Below are positions 50,703 through 63,538 of a stretch of 63,538 bases of DNA, in pieces. The number at the start of each line of letters is the position of its first letter. Positions within the stretch are counted from its first letter, which is position 1. Source of the stretch: Lama guanicoe. Its lineage: Eukaryota. Under the pieces are notes generated by a model that worked only from the letters and a program-made list of their open reading frames with translations, was not told the origin of the DNA and searched no databases. The stretch is taken from contig MU053504.1 in NCBI GenBank assembly GCA_013239625.1, forward strand, positions 1,862,001-1,925,538, in the 5' to 3' direction. The translations under genes were made by a program, and so were the position numbers.

Positions 50703-50890
50703 GGGGGACGGGTATAGTTCAGTAGTAGGGTAGGTTAGGGGGTAGGGTATAGCTCAGTGGTGGAGCATATGCCTAGCATGTAGGGGGTACTGGGTTCAAT
50801 CCCCAGTTTTAAGCCACACAGTCTGTAAGTACAATAAATGAATGAATGAATAACAACCTTAATTACCACCCTGCCCCCCAACCCCCAAAT
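50703..50890 (+). mobile_element. Vic-1-type SINE with duplicated head
   Basis: Heads at 50703 and 50738, B box at about 50793, tail ttaattaccaccc. Confidence 0.85.
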
Positions 50891-52339
50891 TTAATGAATT
50901 GAATCTGGCTGCTGGTCTGAGGACATAAATATACTTTTCTAACTGGTGAAATGAAAATTCTGGAAAGTAAAATTTGATAAAAGAAGAAGGTAAAAAATAC
51001 TTTGCTTATAGTAATTACTAACCGATATTAATCTGAAGACCTAAATTTATGTTCATGAGTCGAATTTAGGCTTGTCTGTTTTCCCCAGTAGAATATAAGC
51101 TCCATGAGGGCAGGAATTTTTATCTGCCTTGCCCACTGTTACATTCCCAGAGCCTAGAGCAGTGCCTGAGACATAGTGCTCAATAACTATTGTTGGATGA
51201 AGGAATGAAATTCTGCTATATATTCTTTGTGACTTGAAAAAAGTCATCATTACCTGTATGACTGCCATATTTGTCTTTTGTCCTTTTATTTCTCCTGAAC
51301 TTCATTGTCTTGTCATCCACTGTTAGCTGGGCATCTTTATTGGGATGTTATGCTGTCCCCTCATATGTAGCCACGTCTAAGACCAGACTTCTTATGCTCA
51401 TTGGAAAAAACAGTCTTTTCCTTTGTACTTCCTTATTTCAGTAGCAGCTCCTACTTTAGATAACCAAAGGTCAAAACTCAGGGCTAATCTTTCGTTCTTT
51501 CTGTTTATTCCCCCTTCCATAAAGTCTTGGAAATTTGTTCTTTTCCTTCTTCCCTGCTGCCATCCTAGTGCACCTAGCTCTTTACATCATTGCTGACCTG
51601 CCTCTGTTGTACCCTGGCTGGTCTCTTGCACTGCCAGAATCCAATCTACCTTTTGTCATATAATCAATCACCTGAGAATATTTGTCACTGTCTTGCTCAG
51701 AAATCTTTTTTTTTAAACTCCTTTTATTATCTGTAAAATGACCCTCAGCAGAAGGCCCCTGAATGCCTTACATACATCCCCTTTTCCCTAACCAAGTACT
51801 TCTGCTTTGTAGTTTTTCTGCATTATTTGCTAAATTCAGCACACTTTCTCCTCCCTGCCACCACATTCTCTCTTTTCTTCTCTGCTTATCTAGATTCTAC
51901 CCCAAGACCTGACGGGCATGATAGCCAGTTCTCTGAAATCATGCCCATTGTTGTCTTTTGAGATGAGCCATCAACCTGCTCAATTCATAAATTGCTTCTA
52001 AATGATTACTGTGTGTTAGGTACTGTGCCCTGCCTTGAAGATTTGAAGGTGGGTTAGAATCAGCCTGCGTTTTCCTTGGAGAGCTAAGAATTCTGAAGAT
52101 AGCTATATGTACTGGCTATTAGAATTTAATAATAAAAATACAGGCAACATGTGGTGCTGGACTAATATGTGGTGAGGAGACCAACTCTGTTGGGAGCTCT
52201 GGTGGAAATTGTTGAAGAGAAGAGAACATTTGGGCAGATCTGAGAGAGATGGATAGACCATCTGGGGGAGAAGGACACTCCAGGAGGAGCAAAGAGTTTG
52301 TGCAAAGGCAAAGAATCCTGGACTATTACACTTACTTGG

Positions 52340-52780
52340 TATATTAGTTTTCTATGGTTGTTGTTACAAATTATTACAAACTGCGTGGCTTAAAACATCA
52401 GAAATTTAATCTCTCACAGTTCTGGAGATCAAAAGTGTGAAATCAAGGTGTTGGCAGGGCCATGCTCTCTCTTAAGTCTCTAAGGGAGAATCCTGTTCCA
52501 TGCTTTTCTCTTAGCTTCTGGAATTGCCAACAATGCTTGGCATTCTTTGGCTTTTAGATGAGTCACTTCAGTCTCTGTCTCCATCACTTGAGTCTCATGT
52601 GGCACTCTCCCTGTGTGTCTCTTCTCATAAGGTCACCAGTCATGTTGGATGTATGAGTATGACCTCAACTTAAATACATTTGCAAAGACCGTGTTTCCAG
52701 ATAAGGTCACATTCACAAAAAGGGTGGAGGGTTAGGACTTCAGCATCATTTTTTAAGTGGCACAGTTCAACTCACAGCAT
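52340..52780 (-). mobile_element. MLT1 (B/C-like) LTR
   Basis: tattagttttctatggttg...ctctcacagttctggag...tcaaggtgttggcagggccatgc...ataaggtcacattcaca. Confidence 0.85.
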
Positions 52781-53407
52781 TTAGAGGACTGAACACGGAT
52801 GCTGTTGGAGCATAACTTATAAGAGATACAGTAGAAGGGTGTGAGACTGGAAAGTGTAAAGGCTTTCCCTTTTCTCTTGCCAATAAGCTCCAGCTTCAGG
52901 GTGCATCCTTGGCCTAGGCTAAGCCATCAGGGCATTCCAGTTTCTGGCTGTAGTGACTGTTTTGAAGTAGGCATGTGACCTAAGCTAATTCAATCAAAAT
53001 GAGTCTTGGGACTTTCCTGGAGACCTGTCTCCTCTGGGGGCATTTGTGAAGATGTGTTACTGTCAGAAGATGTATTCTGTGTGGTGAGGGTGTAGGGCCT
53101 AGAACTGTTACAGCTAGCATTGCTGTTGTGATAGGAGCCCACCTGAGCTCAGAACAACTCCTAGAAGAGGGCAGATGGCAGAGAAATGGAGCTGAAGACC
53201 TGATGACTTTATGAATCTCTGTATCAGGCCTTGCCTGAAGCTGTACTTTTTGATTTTTTGAAGTACTGCAGTCCACATTTTTCTTAAGCCAGTTAGGGTT
53301 GATTTTCCTGTCCTTTACAATATAGAACAGTCCCTAACATACAGAGGGAAGTAGGGCCAGATCATTAAAGTCTGTATTTCACACCAAGGAGTTTGTGCCT
53401 TATCTTC

Positions 53408-53660
53408 TTTTTTTTTTTTCAGTTGAAATACAGTTGATGTACAATATTATGTTAGTTTCAGATGTACTACATAGTGATTTGACATTTGCATACATTATGA
53501 AATTATCACCATGATCAGTCAAGTAACCGTCTGTTCCCACACAAAGTTATTACAGTATTGTGGACCATATTCCTTATGTTGTATATTACATCCCTGTAGC
53601 TTATGTGTTTTATAACTTGGGGTTTGTACCTCTTAATTCCCTTCACTTGTTTCACCTCCA
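53408..53660 (-). mobile_element. L1 3' end (antisense to ATRN)
   Basis: T tract followed by gttgaaatacagttgatgtacaatattatgttagtttcag. Confidence 0.8.
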
Positions 53661-55312
53661 CCTGGGCCTTACCCTCTTGGAAATGATAACATGGTCTACA
53701 TTCCTGACATTTTTATACCAGGTCTCCCAACGTTCCAATCTTGGCAGTCACAAGATCCAAACTCTAAGCTACCACAGGCAATAGTTTTGTTTCTTTCATA
53801 TCGCATAACAGCTGGCATCAGACTGTTTTCACTGCCCTGTATCTTGATTCTTTTTATATCGTTTCACATTAGAGGGCTCATTCATTGCCACTCTATTTGT
53901 AAATTGGATATGATGTTTGTCAAAGTTCTTTTAGTGACAGACACCCAACTCACACAAGCTTAAGAGAAAAAGATGGGAGAGGTTTATTGGTTTATGTGAC
54001 AGAAAGGTCCAGAGAATATTGTTGGTTTCCTGTTTGTCTAGATCCAGGGGACCAGTTGGTCTCTCTCCTTCCCTCTTTCCTGGCTTTACTTTCAGGCAGT
54101 CTCTCTTCATGTTATGTCTCCCCATGATAAATCAAATGGGCTCAGCATCCTCCACTGGAAGAGAGTGATTCTTCCTTAGGAGTGTGTAACAAATAAGGAG
54201 GGCTGAGAGTCTCACTGGTCCCCTGTCCTTTACTGAAGCAATCTCTGTGGCTAGGGTCATGGGAATGTTCTGACTGATCAGACCTGAGTTGAGTACCTCT
54301 CTGGAGCTGGGGGAGGGGTGGTGGTGGTGTGTGAGGTCTGACTCTGTTAGATGGCACGGACTGAGAACGGGGGAAGGAAAAAGGAAAACACATGTAATGT
54401 TACCAGAAAGTAGGGCTAGTGCTGGGCAGGTGAGAACAGTGAGATCCCTGCCTATTCTTAGAATTTGCCATTTAGTGAATACTTAATAAGTTGATGATGA
54501 AAATTGGGAATGGTCTGGAAATCATCATATCAAGTAATAAAATGCTGGTCCCCCAGTTTTATCAGGAATCTATTGCATTATTACAAGTTGTGAGGGCCCT
54601 ACTATGTGGAATGTTGAGGTTACTGCAGTGAGGACTATCCTGTGTTGAGATGAAGTGTAGTAGAGCCAAGTCACTGAATGGCAGTTATTCATCCACTGAT
54701 TTTGTGTTGGGGAAAATAATGAGGATTATGGGAACAGGCAACAAAATATGCTTATATTGTATGAAGTTATGTTATTTTGGGTGAAAACTTAACTTTATGT
54801 AAAATACTCACATAATAGACCTTTAAAGTTTTTGGCTGATTCCTGGAAGATAGTTAACTTAGATGAAAAGGTTAAAGATATGTTTATTGAGTGAAAAGAA
54901 AAAGTGAGCATGAATGTCTTAATATAACTGCATAAATTATGATACATTTGAAAGCAGATATCTGACATTTAAATTTTACCTCTGTGAAAGATTCCCTAGA
55001 TAGGCAAATGCATATACTAGATACTAATCGAATCCTTCATTTTATTATTTTCTTCTTTCTGTTTTTCCTTTTGTTCATATACTTCCAAACTGGCCCTTTA
55101 TTATTAACCTGACTTTCTCTAATTTTCCTTCCTTAGGGTGACTTTCTTTTATGTGTCTTGCTTTTTTCTTTCTTCTCACTTTATTGATGTCATATGCCTT
55201 TAACTGCTTTTCTTTTAACACTTGAGACCCTGGTTCTATTTTATCCTTTCAATTTTTAATTCTTTAAGTTTTCCTTTTTTTCAAGTTACATTTGAGTGAA
55301 CCTTAATTCTAG

Positions 55313-55847
55313 TATAACCAAGCAGGACTGGCCTCGGCTGCATATGTCTATAGTTATTTTTAGCCCCTTATAGTTTCTTTGTATTCTATTGTTCCAGGTA
55401 CAGTTCTCAGCCTGCCTAAAATGCTAGAAGCATTTATCAACCTGACTGTAAACTGCACCAATTTTTCTCTAGAGCATTTTTCCACAGACCGCCCTTTCTG
55501 AGCACCCTTTGTTCCAGGCACTGGAATGTTAGAAGAGCCTCAAAGCTGGAGGTGAACTTCATACCTAGCAGAGGGAAGGAGACCTCTGCATCTGCAAAAA
55601 CAAGAACAACTTTGCAACAGTTTGTTACCCTGGATGGGATATCAATGGAAAGTAGCTCCACCCCTTGAACTCTTGAATTTTTACTATAAAAGTGCCTGCC
55701 TTCTCTTCCTAACAGGCTTACAGTCTTAGAGGCATTAGCCCACTGTGACCTCCTTTGCCTGGCAGAGAAATAAAGCTACCTTTTCTACTTTATCCAAAAC
55801 TCTATCCTGAGTCTCAATTCGGTAAACAGAGTATGGAGGCCACAACA
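55313..55847 (+). mobile_element. Solo ERV1-like LTR, 535 bp
   Basis: 4-bp TSD CTAG at 55309-55312 and 55848-55851; ends TATAACC (TG changed to TA) and ...AACA; TATAAAA at 55685; AATAAA at 55769. Confidence 0.8.
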
Positions 55848-56224
55848 CTAGCTGTTTATTTGCATGTGTATTCATCTAGAATTCTTTTTCACTTAAAGAA
55901 TTTTGCTTATGACTGAATTGCCTTTTTATTTTTTAGAATTTGACCTTAACAGTGTACAGTTATTAAGTTGAATCAATTTACCAATTAATTTCTCTTGGTC
56001 CTTTTTGCATTCTAATTAAGCATTTTTAAATTTGTTTATTAATAAGCCTTTAAGCATTAGAGGCTGGAATTGTGTCAGGTGTTGTTAAGAGACACAAAAG
56101 TAATCTCTTGACTAGTGGTTCACAAAAATGTTTATAATCTTATGAACTCTCTTAATTACATGTTAAAAAGAGTATCCTGTTTTTGATAAGATGATTTTAG
56201 ATTTTTAAGATGATTTTAGATAGA

Positions 56225-57060
56225 GTAAAAAGAAGACATACAGATGGCCCACAGGCACATGAAAAGATGCTCAGTATCGCTAATTGTTAAAGAAATGCAA
56301 ATCAGAACTGCAGTGAGTTATCACCTCACACCAGTCAGAATGGCTAAAAAGTCTACAAATAATAAATGCTAGAGAGAGTGTGAAGAAAAGGGAACCCTCC
56401 TACATTGTTGGTGGGAATGTAAATTGGTTCAACCACTATGGAAAACAGTATGGAGGTTCCTCAAAAAACTAAAAATAGACTTACCATATGATCCAGAAAT
56501 CCCACTCCTTGGGGTATATCTGGAGGGAACTGTAATTTGAAAACACACATGCACCCCAATGTTCATAGCAGCACTATTTACAATAGCCAAGACATGGAAA
56601 CACCCTAAATGTCCGTTAACAGATAACGGGGTAAAGAAGTTGTAGTATATATATATATAATGGAATACTACTCAGCCACAAAACAGAATAAAACAATGCC
56701 ATTTGCAGCAACATGGATGGACCTGGAGATCATCATTCTAAGTGAAGTCAGAGAAAGACAAATATCATATGATGTCACTTACATGTGGACTCTAAAAAAA
56801 TGATGCAAATGAACTTAAAAACCAGAAATAGATTCATAGAGATAGAAAATAAACTATGGTTAACTAAGGGGAAAGGGAGCAGGGAGGGATAAATTAGGAG
56901 TTAGGGATTAGCAGATACAGACTACTGTATATAAAATAGATAAACAGCAAGGACCTACTGTATAGCACAGAGAACTGCATTCAATATCTGTAATAACCTA
57001 TAATGGAAAAGAATCTGAAAAAGAATCTATATGTATATGTGTGTGTGTATTTATATATAT
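56225..57060 (+). mobile_element. Artiodactyl-type L1, ORF2 end and 3' UTR
   Basis: aaagaagacatacagatggcc...gaaccctcctacattgttggtgggaatg; homologous to 27277-27850. Confidence 0.9.
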
Positions 57061-57064
57061 AATT

Positions 57065-57780
57065 GGGTAAATAAGTAATTGATGAGAAGGGATACATCTT
57101 ACAGAAGAATTCTAAATAATATAAATAGATACTCCCCCTTCTAGGATGCAGAGCTTAATTTCTCTCGACTGATTCCCTTGAGTATAGGCTGAATTTAGTG
57201 AGTCTTAATCAAAGAACAGAATATGAAGAGGGGGAAAATAGTAACTTTACAGTGGAGAAACCTGGCAAACACGAGCTTAACCAAATGATTAGTGTTAACA
57301 TTACAGTGATGAAACATGTTGATATCATGTGCCCCCTGATATGATGTGATTAGGAGGGAGTGTTGCTTATGTGGTATTTTCCCCCAAACTCCCTAACCCT
57401 AATCTAATTATGAGAAAAACATCAGACAGATTGAGGGACATTCTGCAAAATGCTTGATAGTATTTCTCTAAGCTGTCAAGTTCATGAAAAACAAGGAAAT
57501 ACTACAGAACTGTCATAGACCAGGGGAGACAAAGGAAATATGATGAATAAATGTAATGTATCCTGGAACAGAACCTAGTACTTTAGTGTAAAAACTGGAG
57601 AACTCTGAATAAAGTCTGGCTTTTAGGGACTAGAAAAATACCAATATTGGTTTTATAGTCTGGCAAATGAATCATAGTAATATAATATGTTACCATTCGG
57701 TGAAACTGGGAATTCACTGTATCATCTCTGCAACTTTGCTGTAAATCTAGAATTATATTCCAAAATAAAAAAAATATTAA
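57065..57780 (+). mobile_element. Old L1MC-like 3' UTR
   Basis: gtaactttacagtggagaaacctggcaaac...gtaaatctagaattatattccaaaataaaa. Confidence 0.7.
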
Positions 57781-57799
57781 CTTAATTTTTTTAACTTAA

Positions 57800-57975
57800 T
57801 TTTATTGACTCTAAGATGCTATCAGTTATAAGATACCCCATTATTTTATGTACCACTAAGAAAAAAAAGTGTTTGCAGTAAAATTAAGATACTGGCATCA
57901 GTTCTAAGAAGCACCTTGATTTCAGAGACATTAAATGAGGAAAGAAAGACATATTTTAGAACAGATGAAATACGG
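57800..57975. mobile_element. TcMar-Tc2 (MER104/Kanga-like) fragment
   Basis: ctaagatgctatc...gatttcagagacattaaat...gatgaaatacgg terminus. Confidence 0.55.
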
Positions 57976-57999
57976 TTTTTAAAGCAAAATTAGTAATAC

Positions 58000-60900
58000 A
58001 TACAAAAGTTACAAGAGGGTATGTGGTAGAAAGTTTTCCTTTCCCTCTCTGGGAGTAGTCTGTTATCAGTTGTATAGCTTTCCAGATATGTTAGCAACAT
58101 ATGGAAACAATTACATATCTTGTATGTCCTCCCTTTTTTCTTTTTTTACTTAAGTATGGTATAATCTCCTCACTGATCTGTACGTTGCTTTTCCCCCTCC
58201 ACCCTCACTGAACAACGTATCTTTGAGATAGTTTCATCTATCATTTGAAAAAAAAATTGTTTGATATTTCATTGTATGGTTGTGTCTTAATTAATATAAA
58301 AGTGTTGAGTGACTCTGTACACATGTCATTTCACACATTTGTGAGTCTTTCTTTAGGTTTAGTTCTCAGAAGTAAAATTGCCTCATCAGAGGAATACGTG
58401 CATTTTAGATTTTATTAGGTATTGCCAAAAAGCTTTCTATAGAGATTTAGCCAATTTACATGACCAGCAGCAATAAGTTATGGCTTGTCTTTAACTTTCT
58501 TATTGGTGTCTTTTTAACAGAAATTTGAATTTTTTAATGTAATCAGTTTTATCACTTTTTTCTTTATAGCTTGTGCTTTTTTATGTTATATTAAAAAATT
58601 CCTTCCCTGTACTGACCTTGTACAGATATTTTCCTGTTATTTTTTCCTCAACGTGTAAAAATTTTTGCTTGTTCACATTCTGATCTTTCATCTACCTGTA
58701 ATTTATTTTTATATATAGTTTGTTGTGAAGACCTAATTTAATTATTTTTATTTGATAAGCAGCTGTCCCAGTCCTATTTATAGATTAGTGTGTTTTTCCC
58801 CCTGCAGTTTGAAATACACCTTAATTATAAAAAACCTCAAATTTGCCTTGGTTTTCTTTTAGCCCTTTGCTCCTTTTATTTCAACAAAAATCCTTGTTAA
58901 GTTTCTTAATGAGAATTTCACCTGATATTAAGATTAACCTGGGGATATTTGTCATCTTTCTGGATAGAGTCTTCCCATCTAGAACATGCTTTATATTTCC
59001 ATTTATTTAGGTATTTTTCTATCTTTAAGTAAATTACTATAACTTTTTTTCTAAATGGTCTCACATGCTTTTATTAGATTTACCTCTAGTTATATAATTT
59101 TGTTTCTATTACTGAACCTAATTGATTACTGTAGTACATATGAGTGAAAAATTTTAATTTTTATTGCTTTTATCTGTATTATCATTATAACAGTAAGCAA
59201 TATTTAGCTCATGAGTCTCTGTGGTTGTTTGGATGATGCAGCTGATCTCTACAGAACTTACCTGTATGGGTCTAGGCTGCAGCTTTGCTGGGTTTATCTT
59301 GTGGGGCTGGGGTGTTGCACCTCTTATCCTCCTTTGATCAGAAACTGTTTGATCCTTACCATCATTGTGATGGTGGAGGTGCAGAAGCACAATTGATTTT
59401 CTTATATATTGAATTTGTATCTGGGAAACCTTCCTAAATTCTTGTAGTACTGATAGCTTGACTGTGGATTCTCTAAGTTTTCTATGTTGATAATGCTGCC
59501 AATAAATTGTGATAGTTGCTTTGTTTCTTATCTGTGTACTTCGTGCTTCTTTTTCTTTTCTACTTATTGAATTGTTTAAGGTCTACAGGACATTGTTGAA
59601 TTGTTTTGTTCCTGACTTTAAGGAAATCTGGTAGAATAGTGCCTGGCACATAGTAGGTAACCAATGATCATATTGCTTTTGTTCTTTAATCTGTTAATGT
59701 GTTAAATGACACTGATAGACTTTTTAATTGTTAGACCATCTTTATATTCCTGAGATGAAGTCAGTTTGGTTGGCCATGATATATTTTTTAATACAGATTT
59801 TCTGGATAGTTTGTTTTGGGTTTTTGTATATATGTTCATGAGGTTTTCTTTTGGCAAGAGTATCAAATTTTGTCTGTATCTTTATTTTGTCTTCACCGTC
59901 AAATACTGGTGTATTTGGGGACAGAATTTAAGACTGATCCTTGTTTCCTCTTAGCACTTTGAATATATTCCATTGTCTTCTGAATTTTATTACTGATGTT
60001 TCAAAGTGAGCTGCTGGTCTGTCATTGTTCATAGATAATCTTCATTTTTTTCTGTTTTTAAAATTTTTTACTCTGGAAAGCTTCAAATAAATAAAAATCA
60101 AAAATATAATGATCACCTTTACCCAGCTTCAGTATTTTCAACTGATAGCCAGTCTTTTTCACTTTTACCATTACCACTTTCTTTTGCTCTCCCCAAGCTA
60201 GCAGGGATTATTTTGAAGCAAATCTCAGGTGTCATTTCATTTCATTTTACTTTCTCATAAGTGTTCTTACCTCTACTCATATTTTATCTCTTTGTCAGTT
60301 TTTTTGTTTCTCCTTTCTCTTTTGGTGTATAATGTTGCTATGATGTGACCAAATACAGAGTTGTTTCTATTTATTTTCCTCATTGTATGTGCTTCCTTCA
60401 TCTGACGATTCACGTCTGTCATTGTTTCTGATAAATTCTTAGATATTATCTCTTTAAAGACTCCTCTCTCATTTCCCCTTTTGTCTTTTTTTGGTACTAG
60501 TTTTAGACACATGTTGTCCATTCTTACCTGTTTTCTTTGTCTTCTATGTCTCATGATTTCTGTCTCTTTATTTCTCTTTTGCTTTCAAGGTAATTTCCTC
60601 ATTTATTTTCTATTTCACAAATTCTCACTTGAGCTGTATCTAATTTACTGTTTAACTTGTTCTTTAAGTTTATATTTTCAGTGATGATATTTTTAATTTT
60701 TAGAAGTTCTGTCTTTCAAAAACTGCTCATTTTCATAGTACCCTTTTCTTTTTTGATGCTTTTGATCCATTTGTGCCTTTAAGCATTTTAAGGTGATTTA
60801 TTTTATGTTCTCAATTGGATTGTTTTAGAAACTGAACTTTGTAGGGTCTAATTCTATGTTAATTTTGCCTGCTGATTTTTGTTCATGGAGCAGTGCTTTC

Positions 60901-62390
60901 AAGTATGTCTAAATTTCGATTTTGAATTTTATCTTCAAAGAGTCTTTGTCAAGGAACATATGTCTCCAGAGTTTGTGATTACTTCTGTTAGATATCTTTG
61001 GATATCTCTGACCTGGGGCCACTTTTTTTTGTTAATTTTATTTTCTTGGGAGTTCCCAGAGCTTGCAGGCAGTGTAATTGGAACCCACATGGACATGAGA
61101 CCCATGGTTATAAAGTCACAGGGGGAACATTTTCCCCTATCCTGAACCCATAGCTGAAACTGATAGCTTCCTTGTTTCTCTTCTGTGCCCTAGGGCTATG
61201 TTTTTCTAGCTCCTTGGGATCTTTTTTTGAAGAGATCTCAGTTCCAACTTGCCTTACTTACATGGGCGTAGGCCCCAGTGTCTTCCTTGTGGGAATTTAG
61301 ACTCACATTTCTAGTTTGTAGAGGCCGACAAGCTTCTGGATCATAGGGAATGACAGCCACTCATAGGACACATGTCGAGTTGACTAACATTCTAACTGCT
61401 CTGGTTTTCATGTGTCTTGTTATTTTTGGTCCTTGGTACTTTCCTTTTTTTTTTTTCCAGGTTTAGCTGTACAGTAAAAATGATATTATCATGTATATTG
61501 CATTTTCTTCTTGATTTTAATGTAGGCAGAAGTATTATTTTTTCCTTAATGGTGAATGCTTTTTCTGTCTTGTTGCAGAAATCTTTCTCCCCCAAGGAAT
61601 GACGATATTCTTCTGTATTTTCTGGACATTACATTGCTTTGTCTGTCACGTTTAAATCTACAGTCTACCTGCATGTGTGTGTGTGTGTGTGTGTGTGTTT
61701 GTGTATTGTGAAGTAGGAGTCAGGTTTGTTTTATTTTCCTTATATATATTCAGTTATCCCATTTATTTACAAGACCTTTCTTTTACCACTGCTTTGAAGT
61801 GTTATACTGCTTTGTTATAAATCAGGTATTTAAATATGTATTATCTGTTTCTAGACTCTCTGTTGTATTCTATTGATCTGTTTATCCTTATGCCAATAAT
61901 GTAACACTGTCTTAATTAGTATAGCTTTTTATTAAGTCTTCCCACCTTTTTCATCTTGTTCAGTTCTTCAGGTTTATTTTGGATCTTGGTCCATGGCATT
62001 TCTGTATAGCTTTTAGAATCACCTTGTCCATTTTGACCAGAAACACACCTTGAGGATTTGGTGGGAGAAGTACTGAACCTATAGATCAGTTTGGAGAGAA
62101 TTGACAATCTTTATAATACTGAGTCTTTCAAATAAAAAACATAGTATATAACTTTGTTTATTTAAATCTTCTTTAATTTGTCTCAGTAACATTTTATAAT
62201 TTTCTGTGTGGAGATCTTTTATATTCCTTTCCAAAGTATTTGATATTTTTTATGCTGCTGTAAACTTTATTTTTTAAAATTTCATTTTCTAACTGTTGCT
62301 GTTAAAAGGGAATGCAATTGATTTTTTGTATGTTGGTCTTGTGTCCTGCAACTTTGCTAAGCTCTTTTATTGATTCTACTAATTATCTGC
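58000..62390 (-). mobile_element. Heavily decayed antisense L1 fragments including an ORF1 relic
   Basis: T-rich strand; ORF 60273-60554 (VFKEIISKNLSE...MKEAH) resembles L1 ORF1; ORF 61916-62107 (MSILSKLIYRFS) resembles L1 ORF2. Confidence 0.7.
61674..61698. repeat. (TG)12 microsatellite
   Basis: Read directly. Confidence 0.93.
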
Positions 62391-63097
62391 AGGTTACTAG
62401 TTCTCTGGAGAAAAAACTTCTGCCTTGATCCAGTGGCCCTTCTGTATACTGCCTTATTTCTGTTTTTCTGTGCTCCTTTTTACAACAAGACAAAATGAAC
62501 CTTTTTTTTTTTTTTTGCAATCTCCCCACTTCCTCGCCTCCAATTTTCTCTTTAACTCATTGTAGTCAGAATCTATGGAAACAGCAACTTCCCAATCCAG
62601 TGGTTAATTCTGTCTTTCATCTTACTAAACTTGATAGCATTCTACTGCTGCCTTTTGGGAAACTTTGTCTGGCCTTCTGGGACCCCTAATTTTTTCCCAT
62701 ACGTGAGTTACTTTTCATTTGCAAACTCTTCCTCCCCTCCTGGCCCCTAAAAAATTATAGTGTGCCTTAGGGCACTCTCTCTATATCTGCATTCAGTCCT
62801 CTTCTGTATTAACACCTCATATTCAGATGTTCTCCTCCGTCCCAGGACTTTAAATACTATACAATGGAACCCTTGATTTTTACTCCAAATTTGGTCAGTC
62901 AGTTTTCTGAGCACATGTATGGCACCACTCAGGCCGAAAACCTAGGTGTCTTCCTCACTTACTCTCTTTTTCTTACTTCTAAGCTATCATCATATCTTGT
63001 CTATTTAACCTCTAAAATTTATCTAAGAATCTGCTGATGTTCTTTTTCTTCTCCTTTTGTAGATAGGAGCCAGATTGTGTTATGTCTTTGTAGTCTT

Positions 63098-63538
63098 TTT
63101 TTTTTACATTTTTTATTGATTCATAATCATTTTACAGTGTTGTGTCAAATTCCAGTGTTCAGCATGTTCAGCACAATTTTTCAGTCATTCATGGACATAT
63201 ACACACTCATTGTCACATTTTTTTCTCTGTGATTTATCATAACATTTTGTGTATATTTCCCTGTGCTATACAGTGTAATCTTGTTTATCTATTCTACAAT
63301 TTTGAAATCCCAGTCTATCCCTTCCCACCCTCTACCCCCCCCGTAACCACAAGTCTGTATTCTCTGTCCATGAGTCTATTTCTGTCCTGTATTTATGCTT
63401 TGTTTTTGTTTGTTTTTGTTTTTTAGATTCCACATATGAGCGATCTCATATGGTATTTTTCTTTCTCTTTCTGGCTTACTTCACTTAGAATGACATTCTC
63501 TAGGATCATCCATGTTGCTGCAAATGGCATTATGTTGT
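63098..63538 (-). mobile_element. Young L1 3' end, cut off by the window edge
   Basis: T tract, then tttacagtgttgtgtcaaattccag...agattccacatatgagcgatctcatatggtatttt...ccatgttgctgcaaatggc. Confidence 0.9.

Overview
Mammalian genomic DNA, most likely a camelid, judged from about 10 copies of a tRNA-derived Vic-1-type SINE and artiodactyl-type L1 3' ends. The window holds the 5' ends of two divergently transcribed genes. DNAAF9 (C20orf194/Shulin) is on the minus strand, with coding exons 1-4 at 20991-20909, 5589-5510, 2925-2806 and 137-13. All have GT-AG junctions with matching phases; exon 4 is missing from the supplied ORF track. ATRN (attractin) coding exon 1 is on the plus strand at 46503-46873, and its intron 1 runs off the window end. 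Each gene has its own CpG island, and the start codons are about 25.5 kb apart. Nearly everything else is decayed transposable elements (L1, L2, MIR, MaLR/ERVL/ERV1 LTRs, MER-type DNA transposons) plus microsatellites. I see no convincing new biological system. The best leads are regulatory or mechanistic: a sense-oriented solo ERV LTR with TATA and AATAAA in ATRN intron 1, an overlapping uORF and a cryptic donor in the ATRN leader, paired X-box-like motifs in DNAAF9 intron 1, an inverted templated insertion inside an L1, a micro-inversion inside an L2, and several perfect inverted repeats. Gene and repeat-family names come from recalled sequences, not database searches, and boundaries of old repeats are approximate.
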